DNA of 64,000 bases, taken from the NCBI GenBank assembly GCA_964016885.1, contig OZ024746.1, positions 97,650,001 through 97,714,000 on the forward strand. The letters run 5' to 3'. The number at the start of each line of letters is the position of its first letter. The first letter of the stretch is position 1. Shown here one piece after another: positions 52,341 to 62,173 of the stretch. The notes under the pieces were generated by a model, which searched no databases, had not been told where the DNA came from, and saw only the letters and a list, made by a program, of their open reading frames with translations. The position numbers were made by a program, and so were the translations under genes. This stretch comes from Eledone cirrhosa. Lineage: Eukaryota.

Positions 52341-53314
52341 CCGCAACCATATATGCAGAGTGGAACTGGATGGAATATACATGTTAGATTGTTCATGGTG
52401 ATAGAAAGGAATATACATGTTAAATTGTTCATGGTGATAGAAAGAAATATACATGTTAAATTGTTCATTATGCATGTAGTTAGAATGTCTCAAGAAAGAA
52501 TCACTGGACAGATTTTACAGGCAAAACCAACCGACAGGAAACCCAGGGGTATACCCTGAACAAGATGGTTGGATAACATCCATGAGCTTGGCTGGTGTTA
52601 TTTGGGGATTCACCTAGATCAGCTGGAGAAGGTTGCTTCTGACAGGACCCATTGGAAGAAGTGTCTGAGGACTCTGCTCCCAGACCCTCTCAGGAATAAG
52701 TGAGAGAAGAAGAAGAATTGTTCATGGTGATAGAAAGGAATATAGATGTTAAACTGCATTTGCTGATAAAAGGAATGTATGTGTAAACCACTTGCGGTGA
52801 TCAAAGCTAAATGTGATTTAAATACAACTTTTCTACCATAATATTTCCTAGCCTAATGCCTGAATTTTATTTTGAAATGTTTTTCTTGTAACATGCCACC
52901 TTTCCAATCTATAAACTTACATTGAATGTGTAGAAATTAATTGTGAGAAAGATGCATAGATATTAACTATTAACCCCAATCTTTGAAAACTGTGGCTTTT
53001 GAAAATCAGAGCTTCCAGTTATCTCACTGTCAGTCTTCATGACATTAAAATATATCTAATTTACTTAAGAATGTAATGTAACAGTAGCTTTTAAAAAAAT
53101 GGTTATGAAAATTCTTTCATTTCTGTGAGAAAAGAACTTTTTAGAATTAACTAGATAAAGCACGTCTAAATATGGTTTATCTATTATATTAAATAAAGGG
53201 CTCTGATGCATTTCAGTCTTTTTGTGATGATGAAAAGCAATATGTGGTTCTGTGCATATATACGTGTGTGACTTTTGCCCACACATATACAGACACACAC
53301 ACCCACATATATAT

Positions 53315-53316
53315 AC

Positions 53317-53391
<75 letters not shown>

Positions 53392-53402
53392 ATATATTAT
53401 AT

Positions 53403-53444
<42 letters not shown>

Positions 53445-53457
53445 GCATGTGTATATA

Positions 53458-53518
<61 letters not shown>

Positions 53519-53531
53519 GCATGTGTATATA

Positions 53532-53601
<70 letters not shown>
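53315..53601. repeat. Long interrupted (TA)n microsatellite (others at ~6085, 6330, 11712, 15440, 16215, 16550, 18590, 24415, 55013, 57083)
   Basis: Direct inspection. Confidence 0.95.
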
Positions 53602-53605
<4 letters not shown>

Positions 53606-54013
53606 TTAAGTGTTTGTGTTGAATATATGTAGGTGTGTGTGTATACATCCAACGGCTATATGAACAACAGTGTATGAGTGGGCTGTGGTGATAGAGAAAT
53701 GATGTATATATATTTGGATACTTACATATGTATATGTATGTATATAGACAGATGTTTGTGTTGTGTATATGTGCGTCAATGTTTGAAGAATTCAGTTTCT
53801 AGAGTAACTAAAAGTTCGCTGAAGTTAAAAAGAAAATGTATGCTTTTCATGTGGTAGGTTTGGGGAGAGAGTGTGGCTTGTACCTCTGATCCCCAGAGGT
53901 CCATTGAAACTGGAGAAAGTGATGTTGTTGATAACAAAAGTAGAATTTTTTTTTGGCTCTAACATAGTGGATACATAAATGTATTTGTGAGTTTTATATT
54001 GAATAATAGTAAT

Positions 54014-54449
54014 ATTTGATTCATTTGCAAGCAAACAGCCTGAAGTGAAGGCTTAGTGGTTAGGGCATTGGCCTTGCAATCGAAAGGTTGTGAGTTCAAT
54101 TCTCAAACCAGGTGATGTGTTGTTTCCTTGAGCAAGACACTTTATTTCACGTTGCTCCAGTTTACTCAGCTGTAGAAATGAGATGATAGGACTCATTAAA
54201 ACACCAAGAAACCTCCAATGAGATACAACCTTGGAGGAGGCCAGCTAAACCTACATAGGTGTCAGCTATAACAACAACAACAAACAGCCTCATTATGTTA
54301 TGTTTTTTAGATGACCATCACCATCAGTTTGTTCTAGCAGTGACAGAGTGATTATTTCTCTCTGTGTCACTGCTAGAACAAAAGGATGGTGTGATAGTCA
54401 TCTACAAAACATAGTGTAATGAGGCTGTTTGCTTGCAAATGAATCAAAT
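54014..54449. repeat. Palindromic (foldback) repeat with ~85-bp arms, left arm split by a SINE; half copy at ~40495-40580
   Basis: ATTTGATTCATTTGCAAGCAAACAGCCT[SINE]CATTA...TTGTTCTAGCAGTGACA is inverted at 54366-54449. Confidence 0.75.
54042..54280 (+). mobile_element. tRNA/CORE-like SINE subfamily B4 with (CAA)n tail
   Basis: 10-bp TSD CAAACAGCCT (54032-54041, 54281-54290); same head as B1. Confidence 0.8.
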
Positions 54450-54806
54450 CATCATCATCATCATCTTCGTTTTATTAATATTCGATATGAGACTCACAAA
54501 TACATATGCTGTTGATGTTCTGTATAAATTGTTGCAAGAAAATGTTTCTCAGTTTTGGCATTGCGAGAAAAACCTCAAACCCTCCATTTTAATTCTATGA
54601 ATAAAGAACTATGAAACCGGTAAAGGAAACAAATAAATATTCTTAAAATGACTCCAGTTGCATTTTTGATTTCTTTTCCTTATATATATATGATTCAAGT
54701 TCTTCAGAAGAATAACAACACAACCAGGAGCTGGACATATCAATGTATTGACGGAGTAAAACATACTTCAAAAACATGTGTACCTGTCTCTCCCACACCA
54801 ATTCGG

Positions 54807-54861
54807 ACTGCCTGAAGAGCTCACAGCCAATGATGGCTGTCACCGAAATATATACAGCAGT
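54807..54861 (+). ncRNA. Type I hammerhead motif with a U16.1>C substitution (probably inactive)
   Basis: ACTGC CTGAAGA GCTC-ACAGCCA-ATGA-TGGCTGT-CACC GAAA TATATA CA GCAGT; element ends at the (TA)n at 55013. Confidence 0.65.
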
Positions 54862-55009
54862 ATATCTATAATTTATAATAAACGAAGCCAAATTTTACAT
54901 ATTTGACTTAATTATTTTACATTACTCCGGAGTAAACAAACCAACCTGCGTACTTTGTCGAGTGCTCCAATCTGCATACTGAGGTGTCGGTAAACAACCA
55001 GCATATACT

Positions 55010-55059
<50 letters not shown>

Positions 55060-55384
55060 CTAGATGACAATTTATTTCATGCTGCTCTAGATTACTCAGC
55101 TGTAGAAATGAGTTGCGTTGTCACTGATGCCAAGCTGTGTTGGCCATTGTTTGTTCCCGTGGACAACATTGGAGAGGAGATACCTGTCTACATGGGCAAC
55201 TGCTGGTCCCCCACAAAACTACTATGTCCAGACTTGTGCCTAGAGAGGGGAGGGGGGGGGGGCTTTCTAGGTCCAAATCCCTTGGTCATTCAGGACTGAA
55301 GGGGGTCTTTACTCTTTCCCATATTTACACATATGTTTTAACTACGTAAGGTGGGTGTGTATACATATAGCTGTTTGTACCATA

Positions 55385-56020
55385 TATAGTGGGTGGGTAT
55401 ATACACACAAGTATTTGTCCTATGTATAGTGGGTGGGTATATACACACAAGTATTTGTCCTATGTATAGTGGGTGTATATATATACACACAAGTATTTGT
55501 CCTATGTATAATGGGTGTATATACACACAAGTATTTGTCCTATGTATAGTGGGTGTATATATATACACACAAGTATTTGTCCTATGTATAGTGGGTGTAT
55601 ATACACACAAGTATTTGTCCTATGTATAGTGGGTGTATATATATACACACAAGTATTTGTCCTATGTATAATGGGTGTATATACACACAAGTATTTGTCC
55701 TATGTATAGTGGGTGTATATATATACACACAAGTATTTGTCCTATGTATAGTGGGTGTATATATATACACACAAGTATTTGTCCTATGTATAGTGGGTGT
55801 ATATACACACAAGTATTTCTCCTATGTATAGTGGGTGTATATATACACAAGTATTTGTCCTATGTATAGTGGGTGTATATATATATACACACAAGTATTT
55901 GTCCTATGTATAGTTGGTGTATATATATACACACAAGTATTTGTCCTATGTATAGTTGGTGTATATATACACACAAGTATTTGTCCTATGTATAGTTGGT
56001 GTATATGCACACAAAGGTAT
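55385..56020. repeat. 38-44-bp minisatellite with a variable internal TA run, ~15 copies
   Basis: GTGGGTG(TA)nCACACAAGTATTTGTCCTATGTATA. Confidence 0.9.
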
Positions 56021-56667
56021 TTGTGTTTTATAGAGTATGTATACACACATAGTGGGTGTGTATATGCTCATATCTGTTTGTGCAATATATGTTGGGTGTG
56101 TATACCCACATATGTATATAGGTGGGTGTGTATATATGTGGAAGTGTATGTATATATCTGAGAAATATATTAAGAATTAACAGTGTCTGGAATAAGGCTG
56201 CGATGATATTTGTATTGCAGCTAACAAGTATTACACAACAGAGCTATGTTTAGATTTGACAGCTTAGCTATATTGTGTATTTATTAAAAACACAAACTAA
56301 TAAAGTTTACCTCATATTTCAATATGCAGAGTTAGAACATTGGATAGAATACTTTATGGTATTCCTTCCAGCTCTCTGAGTTCAAATCCCGCTTGAGGTC
56401 AACTTTGCCTTTCATTCTTTCGAGCTTCATAAAAAAAGTACCAGTCAAATACTGGGGTCGATTCTTCCTCTTTCTGGAAGAAATTTGCAATACTCAGGCC
56501 TGGAAAGAGATGGGCCAGGCTTAAATTGCCCAGGAAACGTATGTTAATACGGCACCCCTAAAACTCTGTTAGGAGTTACAGGACCAGACATACATACATA
56601 TTTTAAATAATTCTAAAATTAAACAATGTTATTTCTGATCGAGATGAAGCGAAAGTGTATTTAAATA

Positions 56668-56858
56668 CATATAAAGATGAGAAAACTCATCGCTAGAATA
56701 GCCGTTAAAACAGTAAAATGCTGTCAAAGACAGGGCTTCTCTGTTGACCAATGGTTGCTGGTCTCTCTCCTCTGAGGCAATTTTGTCTATTGTTGTCTTT
56801 GACAGCATTTAGCTGTTTAAAAGGCTGTTCTAGTGATGAGCTTTCTCATTTTTATATG
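56668..56858. repeat. Foldback with ~65-bp arms
   Basis: CATATAAA.ATGAGAAA.CTCATC.CTAGAA.AGCC...AAATGCTGTCAAAGACA is inverted at 56794-56858. Confidence 0.75.
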
Positions 56859-56976
56859 CATGTATATGTTTGTATATTGAAGGCGGCTGACCTGACTAGA
56901 AACTGCTAAATGTGTGGCCACCTTCTTGTCTCTGCCTTTTCAGCCCCATGGATTATATTCCTTTGTTAAATTTTGA

Positions 56977-57034
56977 ATACCTGATGATGTCACCAGAGTC
57001 ATACTGAACCCGGTCATTGAAATGTTCATAGTAT
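56977..57034 (+). ncRNA. Type I hammerhead motif (imperfect stem II)
   Basis: ATAC CTGATGA TGTCACC...GGTCATT GAAA TGTTCA TA GTAT; followed by (TA)n at 57083. Confidence 0.6.
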
Positions 57035-57077
57035 AATAAACCATTAAGGAATTACACCAGTCCAGCCTCCTGTTATT

Positions 57078-57122
<45 letters not shown>

Positions 57123-57200
57123 TAATCAGCTCATTTACACAGACAAGAAAACCATATATTCTCACCTGTTTTCAAGTGCAGTAGTCGCAAGCGTGGGAGG

Positions 57201-57246
57201 AATCATCCTGATGAGAACCAGATAAGTTTGAAATGCATTGATGATT
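57201..57246 (+). ncRNA. Minimal type I hammerhead ribozyme motif (cleanest example)
   Basis: AATCATC CTGATGA GAAC-CAGATAA-GTTT GAAA TGCA TT GATGATT: perfect 7-bp stem I, palindromic AATGCATT, outer pairing GTAG..GCAAG / CTTGC..CTAC. Confidence 0.85.
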
Positions 57247-59003
57247 GTTCCCCTTGTGTCTTGCATAGCTACGGCTTTCTAAATGTTTATCCATAAACAT
57301 ACCGTATTTCTTTAGAAATACAAAATTTCAATACATATGTGTATGCATGAGGCTAATCCTAATTCTATTATATATATATATAATCATCATCATCATCATT
57401 TTACGTCCGCTTTTCCCTGCTTGCAAGGGAGGGATGGGTCTTATTCAGCACAGCATCTCTCCACTGATCACGGTCCTTCGTCATCATATAATGAGTGTAT
57501 ATATCTACACAATGTTAGTTATTGTAAGCTGCTTCGTTATAGATTTTTTTGATTATGTAAAATACCCAGCATGGCCTTAGTCTGTCAGCTTGAACATGTA
57601 ATAGAGAGTTTGACATGTAAGCCTCTAGAGGGAAATGTGGACAATATAACTTGTGGGGATCAAACACTCAGATCATGTGCTAGATGGTTGTGCTACCATT
57701 GCACCAAAGCAAGACTGGCTATTAGTCATTTTTATCATCCAGTAAGATGTAAATAAAGAATCAATTGTATTCAAGAAGTGTTGAGCATATTTGAATTTTG
57801 AAAGTAATTAGATTAATGTGAGTTGCTTCTACTTTTTTACTATGAAACTAGTTAAAGCTGAGCATATAAACCCTAGAGACAGTATTGATACTGTCCACCA
57901 TTTCTGTTTTTAGGGCAACTTGCTTAACTACATATAGTAGTTTTTTCTTCACTATGTATATTGTATTCTTTTCTCTTCTTTTTCACCCACTTATTCTTGA
58001 GAGGATCATGGGTTAAGAGTCGTCAAACACTCCCTCCAGCAGGTCCTGTCAGAAGCAAGCATCTCCTATTGATCCGGCTAGATCCCCAAGTGTGACCAGC
58101 CAAGCCGTTGGTTTGCCCATAAAATCTGTCCAGCGATTCTTTCCTGAGACATTCTAACTACATTGGGTAATGACCGAGAGAATAAAATCGTGAATACAAG
58201 TGGCCGAAATGGGATTCCTCTAAAGGGTCTTTGGAGTAATGTTATTTGATAAAGTGCATAGCTTGGATATCAGAGAATCACTCCAGGTAGAACTGGAGAA
58301 GTAGCAGCTCTACCTGGAGTGACTCTCTCATCTCTAAGCTATGCACTCTATCGAGTAACATTACTCCAAAGATCCTTTGGAGGAATCCCAATTTGGCCAC
58401 TTGTATTCACAATTTTATTCTTTCGGTCATTACCCAAGCACAAATACTGAATTGAAGACAGTGAGTTTGGCTTTTATGCCTACCTCACTTCTTGATTACT
58501 GAATACCGAAGCTGGTGTATTGCTGCACCAGTTTTGCAATTCTTGTACTTAATTCAGACTTCTGCCTTCCATCACTAGTATATTGTATTTTTTCTCGACT
58601 ATGTGTATTGTATTGTTTTTCTTCAAACATCACTTTGTGATGTATATGGACACACCATCAGTGATGTTACCTGAAGTCCTTGGGTATTTTGGGTCTTTCA
58701 CCATAAGACACTCTCACCCAAACGACCCAGCTGCTATTAATCAAACTCTAGCTTATGTTCAGGAAGTACTCCCTGTCACTTTCATGGCTCACCTCTCTTG
58801 AGTCACAGCCAGTTTGAAGCAATTTGTGATGTCTTGGTAACAAACTTGAAACTTATTCACCAACTAGTTTGTGCAGTGCAGAGCATCATGAGTGAAATAT
58901 ATGGCTTTAGATTTAACCCTTTAACATTTAAAGCAGCTGTATCCAGCCAAAATTCTCTCACCTCTTTCTGTTCAAACTGGTTGTAACTGGCTGCTGATAC
59001 CAA

Positions 59004-59330
59004 ATGCCTACAAAGTCAGAAAACAGCACAGCTCCAATGACTTTCGGAAACATTTTTTCACGCTTAGAATTGCTGAAGCATGGAACAAACTGCCTGCGTC
59101 AGTTGTTAGCTGCTGAGACACTGCACCCTTTAAAACCCTCATGCTTCCCGAAATTCGCCAAAACTACACCTGATGTCCCCCTTCCATACACATGCACACG
59201 TGTATATCGTGACTCATGCACTGTTCATTTTCCTGACGTTTGTACATTACCCTATGTACTATACATACACTTTTGATGAGTTGTAGTGCACCTGAGCACT
59301 GTACACAATATTTTCATTATTATTATTATT
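59004..59330 (+). mobile_element. CR1-type LINE 3' end with (ATT)n tail, inserted in a piggyBac-type MITE
   Basis: AYKVRKQHSSNDFRKHFFTLRIAEAWNKLPASVVSC*DTAPFK matches the CR1 C-terminal R..FF..R....WN.LP..VV......FK motif. Confidence 0.8.
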
Positions 59331-59925
59331 AAAATAAATAATATCAAGATCTCATAGATTCATTATTATGTGTGATAATTGTGTGAGATAATGTCTTTAC
59401 CATGTAAATATAATAGTATATAATAAAGTAAATATTAAAGGGTTAAACTTTATATTTATCTTTCTAAAATAACTTCTTACTTTTAACAACTTTTATTTCA
59501 TCTATTTTATTTTAACTGTGTGAAAGAGAATGTTTCAATGATGTTACTATTCTAGTCATCAATTGCTGTTTGTTAACCTATTAAATTACAGGATTTAAAC
59601 CAACAATAAATACACACATACATACACACACATTAAACAAATTTCCGTCTATAGGGGTATCTTATAGTGCTTGAGTTTTCTATATTTTCTAAGAATATAT
59701 ATGTTTACATTCCTACGTATTATATATATATATAACAAAGGAAGTGTGGTAAGGAACCAGATGGACCATAATGCACCAGAATAAAGTACCAGTGTATTAC
59801 TGGTACTTTATTTTATCGACCCCGTATTCTACGTTTGGCACAAGGCCAGCAATTATCCCAGTGCATTACTGGTACTTTATTTTATCGACCCCGTAAGGAT
59901 GAAAGGCAAATAATAATAATAATAA

Positions 59926-61890
59926 TCACCAGGCCCAGATGGTGTGCAAAGGTATTGGATAAAAAATATCACATCCCTCCACCCAAAACTGACAGCCATG
60001 TTCAATGACTGTTTGATGTCGGGTGAGGTACCAGAGTGGTTGACAAAAGGTACCACAGTTCTGGTAATGAAAGACCAAATCAAGGGTAATGATGTTACCA
60101 ACTATAGGCCTATCATATGTCTGCCCGTAATGTGGAAACTGTTAACAATTGTGTCTGAGGAAATCTACTATCACTTTCACATAAACAACTTGTTACCGGA
60201 CGAACAGAAAGGATACAGAAAGAAGTCTCGTGGTACAAAAGACCAGTTGCTTATTGATAAGATGGTAATGAGGAATTGCAAGAGGAGGCATACTGGTCTT
60301 GTCGTGGGATGGATATATTACAAGAAGGCATTCGACATGGAGGCGTGAAGATCAAGAGAGGTATCTTTCAGGGAGATAGTTTGTCCCCTTTGTTGTTTGT
60401 ATTTACCTTGACACCCCTGTCCATCATATTGTGACAAGTGAGAGCAGGATACAACCTGGGAAAAGGAGAGCTTACCATCAACCACCTCATTTTCATGGAC
60501 AATCGAAACTCTTTGGGAAGAGTGAGAAGGAGTTGGATGTACTTGTTAACACTCTCCCTATTTTCAGCAATGATATATGTATGGAGTCCTAGTGATGAAA
60601 AGGGGTAAATTGAACATAAGCAACGGAATCCAGGTACAAACAGGTGAGATGATAAAGGAAATAGACACTGAAGAGGAATACAAATATTTAGGTGTTCTGG
60701 AGGCAGATGACTTCAAGAACAAAAAAAATGAAGGAATTGATAAGATGTGAGTACATTAGGAGAGTAAGGAGCATATTAAAATCACATCTAAATAGTAGGA
60801 ATGTCATAAGTGCAGTAAATTCCCAAGCTGTGTCTATTATTAGGTACAGTGCAGGAATTCTGAAATGGAATGTTGCTAAACAAAAAGAAATGGATAGAAA
60901 GACTAGGAAGCTATTGACTATCTACAACATGTTCCACAAGAGGAGTGATGTCGATAGACTCTACTTAAGGAGATCTGAAGGTGGAAGAGGTCTTATCAGC
61001 ATAGAGGACTGTGTTCAGATGGATAAAAACAGTCTGCACAAATATGTGGCTGACAGTAGGGAGCCAATGCTCAAAATTGTACTGAAGGAGAAGACAATAG
61101 AGCAGGGGATGTCCAATGAGGAAATAACAACAAGGAGGAAGAAGAGCAACCTTCATGAAAAATCCCTTCATACGGAATTCAGAGATCCACAGACATGGAA
61201 CTGGTTAAAAAGAGGAGAACTTAAAAAAGCTACAGAAGGAACACTAATGGTTGCGCAAGAGCAAGCCCTCATAATGAAGTGGGTGAAACACCATATTGAC
61301 AAGGAGGAGGCTAGCTCACTGTGTTAGATCTGTGGAGAGAGGAGACTGTGGTTCACATTGTACCTGAGTGTAAACACCTAGCCCAGACTCACTATAAAGG
61401 ATTCACTGGCATCTATGTAAACTAAACAATTTACCACATTCTGAGACATGGTATGGGCATAAGCCAGAGTCGGTGATAGAAAACGATCAGGTGAAGGTGC
61501 TATGGGATTTTAGGATACAGACGGACAAGAAATTAGAATGCAATAGGCCTGACCTGGTGGTTTTTGACAAGGAAAAAAGATTGTGCCTGATTGTAGATGT
61601 AGCCTGCCTATTTGACACGAGAGTGCAAGAAAAGGAGAAGGAGAAAATTAACCGATACCAACATTTAAAGTGGGAGTTAAAAAGGATTTGGAACTGCCAT
61701 GATATCAAGGTCAAGCCGATTGTCATAGGAGCACTAGGTACTATCTCAAAAATTTCCAAGGATGGTTAAATAAGATTAGTCCAGCCCCGTTTTTTGCAAC
61801 ACTTCAAAAGGCATGCTTGCTGGGAACAGCAAGAACCCTCAGATACGTCCTGAATATCTGAGGCTGTAGGTAGCGGCTTGATATTCATTT
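59926..61890 (+). mobile_element. Decayed, 5'-truncated R4/Dong-clade non-LTR retrotransposon (RT, CCHC knuckle, restriction-like endonuclease)
   Basis: SPGPDG, NYRPIICL, EQKGYRKKSRGTKDQLLIDK, YKKAFD, GIFQGDSLSPLLF, C..CG..ETVVHI..EC, NRPDLVVFD..IVDVAC..KEKEKINRY, LQKACLLGTAR; frameshifts and internal deletions. Confidence 0.9.
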
Positions 61891-61943
61891 CTACCGATAC
61901 TGCCAATCCACCGCCCTAATAATAATAATAATGATGATAATAA

Positions 61944-62136
61944 AAAGGATGATTTGTTATGCCTTTGTTACGTTTATTGAGTAGTGACGCACACTTTACT
62001 ATTGATCAGCTCAAGGTTCGAGCTGTATCGATCTAGCCCGACTCTGGAATCAAAAGCTAGTTGGAACTATGTCATCACCACAACTGAAACATCCGTCACT
62101 ACTCAATAAACATATTGAAGACACAACAAATCGTCC

Positions 62137-62138
<2 letters not shown>
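61944..62138. repeat. Foldback with ~45-bp arms between (TAA)n and (ATT)n tracts
   Basis: AAGGATGATTTGTT...GTTTATTGAGTAGTGACG / CGTCACTACTCAATAAAC...AACAAATCGTCCTT. Confidence 0.75.

Positions 62139-62173
<35 letters not shown>

Noticed and set aside
53213-53652. YI/IY-rich ORFs here and at 15.3, 16.2 and 55.4 kb
   Set aside because: Translations of (TA)n/(CA)n microsatellites and minisatellites
54520-54660. Possible second PLE endonuclease remnant upstream of the 54807 hammerhead
   Set aside because: Translation is too degenerate (multiple stops) to support by eye
57160-57170. CAG|GTGAGA minus-strand donor
   Set aside because: The adjacent sequence is better explained as the hammerhead-bearing repeat; no convincing acceptor
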